The notes below the pieces were generated by a model that ran no database searches, was not told the DNA's origin, and saw nothing but the letters and a program-made list of their open reading frames with translations. Below, piece by piece: positions 44,596 to 57,998 of a stretch of DNA of 64,000 nucleotides. This stretch comes from Ostrea edulis (taxonomy: Eukaryota), in contig NC_079164.1 in the NCBI RefSeq assembly GCF_947568905.1, forward strand, positions 36,766,001 through 36,830,000. Direction: 5' to 3'. A program made the position numbers and the translations under genes. Each line of letters starts with the position of its first letter. Positions within the stretch are counted from its first letter, which is position 1.

Positions 44596-47500
44596 ATGGC
44601 TGAGTAAGACAAGACTTTTGATATTTATCGTATCTATTTAAGTAATACTCATTTTTGTAAATGATTTAATACATAATGATAAATATTGAAAACTTACAGT
44701 GCATTTCTAGATATTTATATGTAAGCTATACGTTCTTGGAAAAACGGTATCCTACAGTCCGAGTTTTATGAACGTGATGTGCTCTAAGTTGATTGACGGC
44801 TGACTCAAACCGCACTTTATTGTATCATCTAGCCGAAAATTCCCTTAAATAAATTATATATTGTAATTCATATTATTAGTGTCTTATATAGTTATGAAAT
44901 TAATTTCTTGTAAATGTTATAATATTAATGATAAAAGTTCAAAGTTTGCATTTTTACTATTAAAAACATTGACAAAATATTTGGAAAATTTGCAAGAAAT
45001 CATGATATCTTTTTATGTATTGGTATTGAATGATGATTGGGGGGGGGGGGGGGGGGCTTATTCAGTCATCAATACCTATGCATAAAATCTGGAAACTATA
45101 ACTGTGAAAGTAATGTACTTATTGTATATTCAATGCAAAGTGGTTGAAAATGTTTTTTAATAAGTACTTCATGGCTAAATAATTGCAGCGAAATAAAGCG
45201 TAAAGATGCTCAGATGAGAGCCACCATCAACCAGAAACTGGTGGAGACAGGTGAACGTGATAGGTGAGTAACAGACTTTAACTAGAACCTGGTGGAGAGA
45301 GGTGAATGTGATGGGTCAGTAACAGTTGAACCTGAACCTGGAGGAGACAGGTGAATATTATAGGTCAGTAACAGACTTTAACTAGAACCTGGAGGAGACA
45401 GGTGAATGTGATGGGTCAGTAAAGGAGACTGAGACTCATCATAAAAATAATTACATACTAACTTTTATCTCTCATGTATTTCCAACTTTGTTCTGGAGAG
45501 AGCATATTTGTTTTGAAATGGCAACATTTGACAATAAGCAATTTTAAATTGTTCTATTAGAATTCATATGCACGCTTAGCTAATTATCTCTGCCTAACAA
45601 TACTACTACACTGTATATTATTAGCAATAAAGTTTGTGATTCTAATTGTAGATTAAAGGAATTATTGAGAACCAGACTGATAGAGTGTGGCTGGCGAGAT
45701 CAACTCAAGCAGCACTGTAAAGGTACTAAATAATCTCAGCGACAGACAAAACTTCATTCAAGTCCATATTGTAATAGAGGAAATCTAAATTGTAATGGAG
45801 GAAATCTAAATTGTAATAGGGGAATGTTCCTCTTTTGTAATCGAACAATGATGATTGTAAAATATGTTTTGTACCTCATATATCACTAAATGTGGTCTGA
45901 GCGAATAATAAAAACTTGTAACACGTAAGACTTGGAAATCTAAATAGATATATATCTTAAATAGTTAACCATCTTCCATGTGTGTACCCGGTACTATTGA
46001 ATGATATTTATCTGGAATTTAATTTCCAAGTTGAAATAAAGGGAACTGAGGAAAGTAATAAAATATTGGAAATCATACTCAGAATTCTGTGTATTCATCC
46101 ATTATAGTATTTAGGTCTTTGTCATATTTATAAGTAGTTGAACAGAGGTAAGCATACAGTATGTGATTATTATTTTTTTTGCATCTTTTGTGCTGATAAT
46201 ACGCAATGATGTGCAGCTAGGTGTTATGAAAATTTGTCTGGACACTTAGGTCTGCTATCAGGACATTAGATGTCAGAAAATAAACATTTATTATTTATAA
46301 ATTATCATTGTAATATCCCATTCCCTAGTACTCTGTTGGTCAATGAATTGTAACAGTGGCTGGTTTCTTCAATGATAACTGATAAAATTTCACATATTGA
46401 ACTTCTTCAAAGAAATTCATGTTCCAATTTCAACCAAACTGGGCACAAAGCATTTATGGGTAAAGAGGATTCGAGTTTATATTCAAATGAAGGGCCACAT
46501 CCTCTTTAAAGGATAAATTAAATGAGAATTATGAGAAATTGGATATTATATTTCAAAAATCTTCTCATGAACCACTGTGCTAATCTCAGTCAAACTTCAG
46601 AAAAAGTATTCTTGGGTGAAGAGGGTTCAAGTTTATTCAAATGATGGACAACACTATTTAAAAAAAAAAAAACATGAAAAATTGGAGGTTCTGATTTAAA
46701 AATCTTCTCAAGAATCACTGAGCCAATTTAGCCTTTGAGCATGGCACAAGACAACCTTAGGTAACACTTTTCAAAATTTCTACATGGGGTAGGTAAGAAA
46801 TATTGAAAATGGGATGGGTGAGCTTTGTCAAAATTCTCCTCTGGAACCACTGGATCTAGAATTACAAAACTTTGTCAGAATCATCATCAATAATGTATAG
46901 ATTTGATCAAGTTTGTTCAAATGATAACCCATAGGCTTAGAATGAGGCCACAAGGTGGGGATGGGTGGCGAGGGGGATGCTAAACATTCCAGAGGAATAT
47001 GTAAGGAAACCATATTGAAATCTTCTCGGGAACAGTAGAACTATAGTATGTCACCTGAAATGGAAAGCACTCTCATGCAGACTCCGTTTAATTTAAATTG
47101 CTTTCATGTGTGCTTATATTGATGCTTATTGTATCCAAGTTTAAACCATGCCAGTTGAAAATAGACCTCCTCTGGTGAGGATTTTAAGGGTATCTCTGCA
47201 GATACTTTACCCCGACAACCTTCTTTATGTGTAAGAAGGTGGAATTTAATAATTTATCCCCAAAAAACGTTTTGAGTGTACATGTATTCAAATGGTGTAT
47301 TGCCACCATCACACTCCTTTTATTTCCCCTTTTCTTCCCATGAGTTTGTGAAGAGAGAAGGGCTTTTAATAAGCCCTTGTGTGATGAAATATGTATGTAT
47401 GGTTCTGTGTAACATGTGAGGCAGTTTTAATACACACACACACACCCATGCTGGTGTGGGTTGAATTTAATTCTATTTCAAATCACCGGTTGTATAAACC

Positions 47501-48314
47501 TTTTTCATACATGTATTTTATTTATCAAATCAGGAGTGTATGGACATATCCATGATAAATCATAGTCTTCAAACTGCTAAAATAGATGTTATATTTTGAT
47601 TACTTTCAGATGTAGTTAAACAAAAAGGGTTGGAACATATAACAGTAGATGACCTAGTTGCAGAAATTACTCCTAAAGGCAGAGGTATGTTTTTATAAAA
47701 TGGCAATTTTACATGTACTATCACAATTTGGTCTTGGTGTTCTTTAAACTGAATCGCCCATTGTAAATACCACCAAAATCCAAAGCTCATCAGAGAAAGG
47801 TCAGTTTTAGGTAACAGGTTTAGAATAGGCTGCATCATCATAATCATTAATGGCTGATCATTTAAGGAGATACATGTATAACAGATCATCATAATGGCCG
47901 ACTTCCTTTTGAAATAAAAATATAAATGTCAGCAAAATTTGTATATTTTTTAAATTTGATTGGCTAGGTGGGTAGGTTAAAAGGTTAACATGCTAACTGT
48001 TGGTCTGTAGATCATGGTTTAGTCCAGCAGGTGTTTTGATTTCTTTCTACTAAAACTGCATTTTATGACTATAATATTGTAAATTTGAAAGTTTTCAATT
48101 TCAAGATATAATTGTACATGTATATCTCCATTCTTTATTGATATAAAATTTCTCTGGTGTGTTGTTCATCCTTAACATCGCTCTAAATTTCTTACTAGTT
48201 AAATAATTATTTCATGCGTGTATGCTTTTCCTTACAGCTCTGGTACCTGACAATGTTAAGAAAGAACTGTTACAGAGAATCCGGACTTTTTTAGCGCAGC
48301 AGTCTGACAGTTGA
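44596..48314 (+). CDS. ENY2: Transcription and mRNA export factor ENY2 (Sus1; SAGA DUB module / TREX-2), 101 aa
   Basis: Exons 44596-44603, 45189-45263, 45652-45722, 47610-47684, 48238-48314 (306 nt). Protein: [101 protein letters not shown]. Confidence 0.96.
45234..45421 (+). repeat. 51/49-nt tandem repeat copying the ENY2 exon 2 donor junction
   Basis: True donor GTGAGT at 45264; copies GTCAGT at 45315, 45364, 45415, each preceded by exon-derived sequence. Confidence 0.9.
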
Positions 48315-48855
48315 TTTCAGATTTGTGGTTTGTGGCATTCTGATATATGACCGTCCTAAGGATACAAGATATTGACCGCGACATCACAATCACCAACATG
48401 GCATTTCCCATAGCTGATCTAGAAAAATGTGGAGAAATTTTGTGCTGTTAGAATTAAACTTTACATGTCTATTTCTTCATTATTGCGTTCCAAAACTTTT
48501 CTGTACTTGTCTTCTATACAGAATTTTTTTTTTTTTTAGAAAGAAATCAATGTCCTTGAAGATTCATTTGCATGTACTTGTCTTCATATTTTATGAAGAA
48601 TTGAAATTTATGTGCACTCCTTAGTCCTATCTAATTAAAATTTGATTTATTTACACCAATTTTTCTAAATCAGGTGTGTGTGAAGAGATCTTATTTTAGT
48701 TAGATTGTTTTCACAATGTCAATTGTCGGAGTTATGAAGTTTACTTATATTACAATGATTGTACTTTGACTTTACTGACAATGTTCACTGAATATATACA
48801 TGTATTGTGTGCAGAATTTATGATGCACTTGATAAGATATTATTGAGTATAAACT

Positions 48856-48914
48856 AATAAATCTATCAAAACGTATTTATACTGATTTGGAGTATATTAG
48901 ACGGAATCAATAAA
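48856..48914 (+). terminator. Candidate ENY2 polyadenylation signals
   Basis: AATAAA at 48856 and 48909. Confidence 0.45.
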
Positions 48915-49107
48915 TAGATCATAAAAATGTATATTTGTGTCTTCATTTAATTAATAGGACTACTGGGAATTAGAAAATGTTATTTGTTAAGATAATGCAC
49001 TTTTTTTTTTCTTTATGCAATGTTTGCAGTTGTAGTGGACTGTATATTGGCCTGGATAGCTCAGTGGTAAGATCACTTCACTATTCCCAGGTTCAGTTCA
49101 TGGTTAA

Positions 49108-49452
49108 CCGGTCGCGGTAGCTCATTGATAGAGCATTCGCTTGGTCATCGGGAGGTCGTGAGTTTGAACCCTGCTTGTGCCATGGCTACATCAAACCCAA
49201 GACATAAACATAGGTAGTGATTGCTCCTTCGTCAAACGCTTGGCATTTAGAAGTGAGAATCATGGGTCTTTTACTTTAGGATATCGCCTTAAAACCGGAG
49301 TTCCCGTACAGCGGCAGGCGTTGGCATGCTAAAGAATCCACATTGCTATGGCCATTAGCGCTAAGCATTGGTCTAAATTTGTGTAGCTTCACCTACAACT
49401 GGTGATGTCTCAGTATGAGTGAAAAATTCTTGAAGGGACATGAAACAATCAA
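49108..49452 (+). mobile_element. tRNA-derived SINE, near full length
   Basis: A-box-like GTAGCTCATTGATAG and B-box-like GAGTTTGAACCC, conserved body, ACAATCAA tail; appears nested in a smaller tRNA-like repeat (second copy at 49615-49690). Confidence 0.75.
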
Positions 49453-50132
49453 TTCCTGGTCCAGCCATAAATTTTCTACTTTTCTGTTACATTTGAATTA
49501 GGTCTTGTAGGTGAAAGTTCTGCTAAAGGTAAGAAAATCTTAAAGGATGACAAAGACAGTTTTTAAAAAAAAAAAAGGAATGTAGTGGCTTGGGCTATAT
49601 GGACCATGGGGTATTAGCCTGGGTAGCTCTCGTTAGAGCACTTGACTAGCAATGCGTGGTCCCGGGTCCGATTCCTGGTCGAGCCAAACTTTTTCTCCCT
49701 GTTTTATAATACGACAGGATCTTTTACAATCCCTCCTCCAGTATACATTAAGATAGAAGGGACATGCATGTAAGCTAGAGTGCAATCTGATGAAATCAAA
49801 CCTCTGCACGCTCTGTAGGCCTTATATGTATTAAATTAGTGGATCGGATCGCAGTAGGTGATAGTCGGACTGGTAGGGGGAAAATTAAATTAGCTCGTAA
49901 AAACTTTTAAAATGATAAAGTAGATTTGATTATTTTATGATTTTCAAAATGAAAATTTCATACTTAATAAAGTAGATTTAATTATTTTATGATTTCCAAA
50001 ACGAAAATTTGATACTTTAATTCTTTTTCTCTCTTTATAATTTGCAAACATATTTTTTTCTCAAAAAGCGCCTGTTCTTTCTCGATAACGATCGCAAAAC
50101 TGAACGGTCCCTTGCACTCTTCTTGGTAACCG

Positions 50133-50140
50133 TGACGTCA
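50133..50140. promoter_or_regulatory. CRE palindrome TGACGTCA in the putative promoter of gene 4
   Basis: Exact match 160 nt upstream of the ATG, in a CpG-richer patch. Confidence 0.4.
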
Positions 50141-50300
50141 CTCATATACAAATGGCGCGAGGTCGCAGAAAAAGCGCAAGTGTTAACATGGCTGGGAAGT
50201 AAAAAGCCACGCTTGACATTATATGACCCTTCTGTAATCGTGTTTACTAGTGGCTTTTCGCCAAATATGTCGTTTTCTGAGATGATACAATAACTCGAAA

Positions 50301-53300
50301 ATGATGGATTCGCAGAGAAGTAGTGGTAAGTTCACGATGAGATTCCAGATAGATAGCAGACGATCGCTATCATTAAAAAGAAATATTTTTTAAATCGGAT
50401 TAGTAATACAGATAATGTACGGGTGATTTATTGGCGCATGCCAACCTGTTAAATAAATGGTATCGTATCTGGCGTGTCTCAAGTGCCATAAAAGAGGAAC
50501 TCCTGGCACAAGTTCGATTTTTTTGTTCATTTGTTCTATTATAAATGTTGACATTTTGTTATCTTTTGTAGAAGTATTGATTAACTCTCTCACGTTTTAT
50601 AGGTTGCTTGAAAAAATGGAATTGATTTATGTGCCATTATTGTCTTAAAACTTACACCTAATCCTGTTGTTTAAACGTGAATAAATTGAAACTGAGACCA
50701 CCTTTACGGGCTTTAGAAACTTTATGTTGAAATCTACGTACAATGGATAAGTATGAACAGTCTCTGTACTTTCATTTGAGTAAGTTAGATGGTAATCTTA
50801 TTTTAACTTTAATTTTATCTGTCTTATCACAATTTATGGAACCTAATCTCAGTTGTTTTTAATTGTATTTATAATTAATATTCTCATGTAATGTAGCCAG
50901 TATTATTTATTTTAGTATTTTACACATTGGCAAACTTGTGTGAATGATGCGCACCGCTATGATGATATGATTTATTCCAAACATACATAACATTGACTAT
51001 GAATGATTTAATTTACAAAATACAATGCAGGATTGAGTTCTCATCTAATTTCAAAACATTTATTTTCTTGTTTAACTTGTCCAGATTTTCAGGCCACTGA
51101 GAGAATATTTCGCAAAGTAATACACCCTGGCCTGGATTCTCTTCGACTTGTAGACAAGAATGGCATCCCCATCAATGCTCCACTCAACAGCATGAAGCAG
51201 AAAATGTTCATCCTTAGTCCAAGAGGGGTTCCAACTCGCGTGACAAATCACGCATACAGTGGCCAACCCATGCGCATGTCACGACCTTATTCTGAAGGGG
51301 TAAGCTGGACGGTTTTTACAAGCATAATTCATGGCCACCTTGAGCATCCTAGTAGCAGATATTCTGAATATCTTAAATGTTGAAATCCTTTTATTTTGGC
51401 AAGAATTTGTTTAACAGGTTTTAGGATTGAAAAATTTGTATTCTCCAAGTGACTCAGTAGTTCTCAGTGAACAACTCTATTTGGTAAGAGTAAACTTGGT
51501 TTGGGTTTCTTACATAATTTGTAATCATTTGATTTTAATTTGTTGTCTGGGTTTGAGAGTGTGTGTGAGGGAATGCAGATTTCTGTGGGTATTAAAGTTT
51601 CCTTGCTTACATGGATTAGATGTAAATGATATAGACTAAGTTCTTGTTGGTGTTAGAAATTATGATGTGTGTCTATGTGTAACAGATTTACCATGTATTT
51701 ACACTTTGTTTTATACTAAAATTTGTACTGTGTAATTAAACATGCCCGGGGGTCTAATGCAACATCAGATCTGCCATTCTAGTCAGCAACATTTACCAAA
51801 TTTAAAACTTAGTTTAGCAAACTGATATGCTAATATATAAGAGGAAATGGACATCTTAAGTAACTACATGTATACAGTATATGGTATACATTATAGCTCA
51901 CCTATAAGCCATAGACTCAGTTGAGCTACATTTATATGTCCTTTGTCTGTTAGTGTTGTCATTTTTTATTTATTCTCCAGAACCTCTAGGTAAAGAACTT
52001 GTACTTGGTTACCCGATCCTAATGCATTTTCTCATGTAAAACATTAAATCCTAATAAAGTTCCCTCTTCTGACACCCACCTCAAACCCTGAAATCATGGA
52101 GTAACCTAACTTGAATCTACACAATATGGGATTGCTTGCAATTTTGAATTGAACAAAAAATGTACCTTTGTGGTTCTTGGAAAGAATAATTCTTTAAAAT
52201 TCATATATTTACATGTATTCCTATGTTAAAACCCTTCTTGCAGTCCCACCCTGAACCTGAGGGATCATCCACAAGTGTTCCTATAATGTAGCATGTACAA
52301 ATTCAACAAAGTCCCATAACTCCTGTAAAATTTGTAGAATCAAAATGCCGGCACAATATGATCAACTACATATGGTGACTAACAATCCTACAAAATTTGA
52401 ACAAAATCCATTGAGCGGTTTCGGAGGAGTTGCGTCCACAATGTGTTCCTATAGTGTAGCATGTACAAATTCAACAAAGTCCCATATAACTCCTGTAAAA
52501 TTTGTTGAATCAATATGTCAGCGCAATATGATTTACTACATATGGTAACTAACAATCCTACAAAATTTGAACAAGATCCTTTGAGTGAAGTGGGATAGAC
52601 GGATGGATGACACCGGTATTGTCCCCTTCTGCATTGCGGTGGTGGACAAAAAACACCACCTAATAAAAATCAAATGACTAGAATACTACAGTGATGGAAG
52701 ATGTATTGATAATTTGTTGGGTTTATTTTTCAGCTCAGCCGTATAGAGATGCCAGATTATTACAATGAAAATACTTACGAATCTTCATCATATGGGTAAG
52801 TTCTGTGAGAAATGACTAGTCTGTCAACATTCTTGATTAACAAGAATTAAAACAAAAAAATATTTGTGTGTGAAAAATGATCTCAGATTCTTGAAATATT
52901 TAAGACTAATTAAAAGGGTTTGATCTTCACAAAATGTTAGAATCTAGACAATGATCAGGTGTGGCTTAAGTCTGCAGGCCTGGATAAGGGGTCACACCAG
53001 GAGTTCCAAGTGTTGTACTGTATATGGATATGTTTGACATAAAGAATTGAGCGTTTGAATGTTTTACACAGAAATACAGTTATCATGGTTATAAAGGAAA
53101 TCTTAAAAAAAAAAATTCAAGAATTAATAGGATATATGATATATATGTCTAATTGATATGTAAGTGTCTGTATATATCGTAGATGTAATTTTGTTATTGC
53201 CATGATCCACGGGGCTAAGATGGAGCCGGGGGAGGGGGGGGGGGGGAGGTATGTGTCAAAGATTTTCTTCCATTTGTAAGTTATTTGTTCAACCAAAATT

Positions 53301-55562
53301 CATAATATTAGATTGCATGTTCATATGATGATCCCTCAGGTTCAGGGTGGGACTGCAAGAAGGGTTTTAACATAGGAATACATGTAAATATATGAACTTT
53401 AAAGAATTATTCTTTCCAAGAACCACAAAGGTACATTTTTTGTTCAATTCAAAATTGCAAGCAATCCCATATTGTGTAGATTCAAGTTAGGTTACTCCAT
53501 GATCTCAGGGTTTGAGGTGGGTGTCAGAAGAGGGAACTTTATTAGGATTTAATGTTTTACATGAGAAAATGCATTAGGATCGGGTAACCAGTGTGCTCCA
53601 TTGGCCCTTGATTTTCATTATGGTTTGAGATATGGATTTGAAACTTGCTGCTCAGCTCGACAGCTGGTGTCATCTTGATATGAGTGAAAATTCTTGAAGG
53701 GCTGTAAAACAAACAGATCCGTGTTCGACATTTGTCAAGCAGATATATAAACTTTCGCATAAAAAATCCCCCTTATTTTCTTCTGTTTAGATTAGAGACA
53801 TCCTAATATGCATTTTCCGAGTTTCTCAATAGTTGTTTCCCTTTGTTGAGCTCGTACACACAGTGAGATGCAAAAATTATATATGTTTTTGTACATACAT
53901 AATATATGTACAAAACCTTATCGCTGCATTCATATATTGCCTAAAGGATGATTACCAGATGTGACATACAGCCACTCGACCTTTAGGGAAACACAATATT
54001 AGTAAGTTTATGAGTATTTGATAATTAAATAGCTCAAGCACTATCATTCTTTGATAAAAGTATCACTTACATCGAAGAGGAAATAAATAATAATGACATA
54101 TTTTAATTAAAAAGCCAAATTCAAACAAATGAAAGGCGGAGATAACGAACAGTGATCAATCTCATAACTTCTATAAGCAATACAAAATAGAGAGTTGGGC
54201 AAACACAGACCCCTGGATATACCAGAGGTGGGATCAGGTGCCTAGGAGGAGTAAGCATCCCCTGTCGATTCTTCATATGTTCAGTTTTATTGTAGATACT
54301 AATGGCTGATGTAAGCAAAATTTATACTTTCATAACTTTTATCATTACTAGTAATTGCAACATTACCAATCAATAGTATATATTTACACATCTTGCCTCC
54401 ACCCAAGTGTTGAATAGAATACTGAATGTACCTCCATCACAAAAGAGATGATATCTCAGAAATTTGGTATTCACAAATTATAATTCTGCACTTCACCGTA
54501 AATTCGATCTACTGAATGTTTCATCCGTCTTTCATCTTCCCATGTTAAGTGGAGGCTGACACCAAATTCCCTGTGTACATCTGCCAACTCAATCTCGCTT
54601 CCCAATCCCTGTTTGTGCCTGTCGCGTCTATCTAACTCAGTAATTACAATATTTATTTAAAAGATAATTATACCGTAAGTGATTTTTTACTTGTAGTTTT
54701 CTTTTTTAAAAAATTTCCTATAACCCTGCATTTCGTTTTATCTGACAAGTCCTTGTTTATCTCCTCTGCTATTAGGTCTATTGATGATGTGCAAGCATGT
54801 GACATATTCCAGAATCAGAAACCAAAATAGTCTATTTTAGATACCACATAAATAAAGCACATGATGCCTCACAATCGCTACCTTACATGTAATTGCTTTA
54901 GTAATGCTATCAGCTTGATTGGTTGGTTGTTTTATATCTTGTTGAGAATTTTTCACTCATATTGAGACATCACCAGTTGCAGGTGAAATACCACAAATTT
55001 TGACCTATGCTTAGCGCTTGCAGCTGTAGTAGTAAGGTTTTTTTTATGTGCTAATGCCTGCCGCAACCAGAGAACATGGGACCTCCGTTTTTAAGGTCAT
55101 GTCCAAAAGACCCGTGATTCTCACTTCTAAATGCCGAACGTTTGACAAAGGAGAACGCTATCAGAATGCTTATAAATATAATATTATTGTGGAGTTACAA
55201 TTAAATCTTGTGCTACCACGTACAATATCTTGATTGCTAGAAGATGTTTTAAGCAAACATCTATACAGTGTATGAATGTTATCTGTGAAACTTGGTGATG
55301 TACTAGCTGTCATTAAATTCTAGAGCACACTAAATTGTACTTGGAAAGGGGTGATTCATGTACTAAAACTTAGAAGGATTAAGTAGCTTTGATGTATATG
55401 CAAGAACTCCACCTCTATTGTTAAATCTCTTATATGAAAAGATTGTTGTCAGAGCTTGAAATGTGGTGTGGTAGGAGCCCAGTGAGTGGTATACCTTGTC
55501 CTAGGCAGAATATATATATCCAGAGTGGTAAATTGATCGTGCTTTGATAGATAAGCAAATAA

Positions 55563-55618
<56 letters not shown>

Positions 55619-56698
55619 CTCTCTCTCCACAATCTTTAACCTTGTATAATAGGCAGATTAGTATGACTGTTATGTATGCGAGGTTGATTTACCTGAGGAA
55701 CCATTTCTTTTATTTCGATTTTTAAAAACCACCGAGGCTACACAGCTCTTAATACCTTTTCAGTGTACCTCACTGCTCCAGTAGTGCTCATATTCAGCTG
55801 ACACGTAAATTGGTTTGTTGTCAATTACATGGAATTTGTTGGTAAACATCAATAAATTGGCTACACGATTAAAAGGACTGATTACCAGCCCAGGCTTGGA
55901 AATGATTCAATACCTTTAAAACTCGAGCACATTTGTCCTAATCAGCCATCCCTTTGTGAAGACCCAGTCTATATTAGCAGTGTACGTTACTTGCCTGAAG
56001 TGTGGTTAAATAGACAGACAATATTAAATAAGTTTTGTTGTGTATAAGCTTGTGTATTTAATTTCACAATAGCGTAATACCCCTTGCTGCATTATGAACT
56101 CTACGAATTGAATGTCTGGGGCTTACATTCATGAAGATATTGATATTTCTATCGAATACAGAAAGATATCAATACTGGCACATAATGTGTATGCCAGGCT
56201 GAAAAAAAACTTCCTAAGAACCCAGCATTTGGGGGCTGGATACCAATATATATTTAATTAGTAACTATGGATGTACGCTCAAGCATGTAAGTGTTAAAAA
56301 AAATTCAAAGTTTAAAAATATTAATTCATTTATTTAATTGTAATGCTTCTTAAATTCAAAGAGGGTTTAATAAAAGATTGGTACTGAGCTATGAAATCAT
56401 GATAGCTGACTGAGAAAGTAATCGCCATGTCATTATTATTCATACAGCACTTCAGTATTGTGACTGTGAAACTTGTCATGTAAATAGATTCTTTTCAAGT
56501 GTAGTACCATATTTAAACATGGTATTAAAAAGCCTTAGATCAGTAGCTTTGTTTGGATGAAGTCTTCAACGCTGATTGTGTATTTGCAGGACACCCCAGT
56601 CTATCACACCATACAGTTCTAAAAGGAATACGTCTAACTTTACCAGGGGGAATCGCCCAATGGTCAAGTCAAAGAGTGCCTCTAGTCGAGGATACCTC
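50301..56698 (+). CDS. Uncharacterised protein, first four coding exons; 3' end not found
   Basis: Exons 50301-50325, 51085-51299, 52734-52795, 56590-56698, with strong splice sites and phases 1/0/2/0. Protein: MMDSQRSSDFQATERIFRKVIHPGLDSLRLVDKNGIPINAPLNSMKQKMFILSPRGVPTRVTNHAYSGQPMRMSRPYSEGLSRIEMPDYYNENTYESSSYGTPQSITPYSSKRNTSNFTRGNRPMVKSKSASSRGYL. No domain recognised. Confidence 0.72.
52006..53590. repeat. 264-bp inverted repeat (arms 52006-52269 and 53327-53590), 262/264 identical
   Basis: Aligned block by block; mismatches only at 52092/53504 and 52199/53397. Confidence 0.95.
52271..52653 (-). mobile_element. Truncated Helentron/pearl-like element with ~2 copies of the 168-bp core
   Basis: Reverse complement of the 5' end and core of the 62942-63866 element. 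Confidence 0.8.
53620..53715 (+). mobile_element. SINE 3' fragment
   Basis: CAGCTGGTGTCATCTTGATATGAGTGAAAATTCTTGAAGGG...AAACAAAC tail. Confidence 0.55.
54122..54270 (-). mobile_element. Interspersed repeat fragment, probably a non-LTR retroelement 3' end
   Basis: Shares GAAGATAACGAACAGTG...TCTCATAA with fragments at 25340-25380 and (inverted) 17835-17880; class assignment is inference. Confidence 0.4.
54916..55152 (-). mobile_element. 5'-truncated SINE
   Basis: Reverse complement of the 49108 SINE body, with an (AACC/AATC)n tail. Confidence 0.75.
55564..55628. repeat. (TA)n(TC)n microsatellite
   Basis: Direct reading. Confidence 0.95.
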
Positions 56699-57222
56699 GT
56701 AAGTACATGTAAATCTTAATTAGTGCATAAGTTTTCTAAACCTTTATATTCATCATGATAACACACAATTTATAAATGGTTTTCAAGACTGAATGCTAAA
56801 GGATGCAACCTGAGAGGTATGACTGGTATTGCAGGTTCATTGTAGTAATTCACTTCAAAACTGTAGATGGTACCAAAATAGCAAAGTTGAAATTAAGGTT
56901 GCCAACAGTAAATATTTAGATGGCCAAGAAAACTCTTTTTAATGGGAATTACTGTCAAACCATGAAAATAAAGAAAAGTTAACACAAAGATACTGACTTT
57001 TCCTGGCAGAACTCGACTGTAAAAATGTGATTCAATGAATGAAATTTATCTTGTCAAATTTTTTTGTCCACATTGGCATTGTGACCAATTTTTTATTCAT
57101 CAAGCAAAAAGAATGTTGCACATGTGAGTTAAAAAACACACAATTCTGAGTCCTGTCCTTAGTGATATAGTAAATTGGGAAACAGGCTTATGTTGAAATG
57201 TATATACATGTTTCAATTCATA

Positions 57223-57584
57223 TTTATAAACCCCAGCCATGAAATGGCAAGGCATATTGTATACATTGTATTACACTTTGTTGTCTTTCTGCATGGCTTT
57301 CTGTCATAATTCAGTTTCCGATCATTATCTATGTTACAGATGTGCATATTCTACTGAAATTTGACACACACATATTTAGAAACATTGTGAGAATATCCAG
57401 GTCTAGTTTTTGACAGAGTTGTGCCCCTTGGACAAACAATTTGCAGTTTCTGAATATTTTCTTATTCATACATGGACATTTTGGATTGAAATTTGGGATA
57501 TACATGTAGATATATCATTAGCATATGCAGGTCATGTACTTTGTTGCAAGCGAGGGCATTTATGTCGCTCCGACACATCTAGTT
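57223..57584 (+). mobile_element. Helentron/pearl-like element
   Basis: TTTATAAACCCCAGCCATGAAATGGCAAGG start; GAGGGCATTTATGTCGCTCCGACACATCTAGTT end with a terminal palindrome. Confidence 0.55.
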
Positions 57585-57764
57585 ATTTAGTATATTTACA
57601 TAAATTTTCTAATATTTTGTCAATGATAGTCCTTTGCTAGTTCAATATATTCATTCATATATATATATATATATATATATAGAAAGCACAAACACACAAT
57701 TATAACACCCAACCTTACATTTACCCCTAGGATCTAAACGATACATGTGATAATCAATCAATTA

Positions 57765-57998
57765 ATATATAAAGCACTAAATAATCACAACTAGGTACTG
57801 AAAATTTTCACCCCAGCCCGGGGTCGAACCAGTGACCTACAGCACCCACCACCTAGCAAGACTGTCAAACCAGTGCGTAAGTCCACTCGGTCACAAGCAC
57901 TGGTTTGACAGTCTTGCTAGGCGGTGGGTGCCATAGGTCGCTGGTTCGACCCCGGGCTGGGGTGAAAATTTTCAGTACCTAGTTGTGATTATTTAGTG

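Noticed and set aside
49049-49690. tRNA genes at the tRNA-like segments
   Set aside because: No complete cloverleaf; the boxes lead into SINE bodies.
51033-51383. Stand-alone 116-aa ORF
   Set aside because: Better explained as internal exon 51085-51299 plus intronic flanks.
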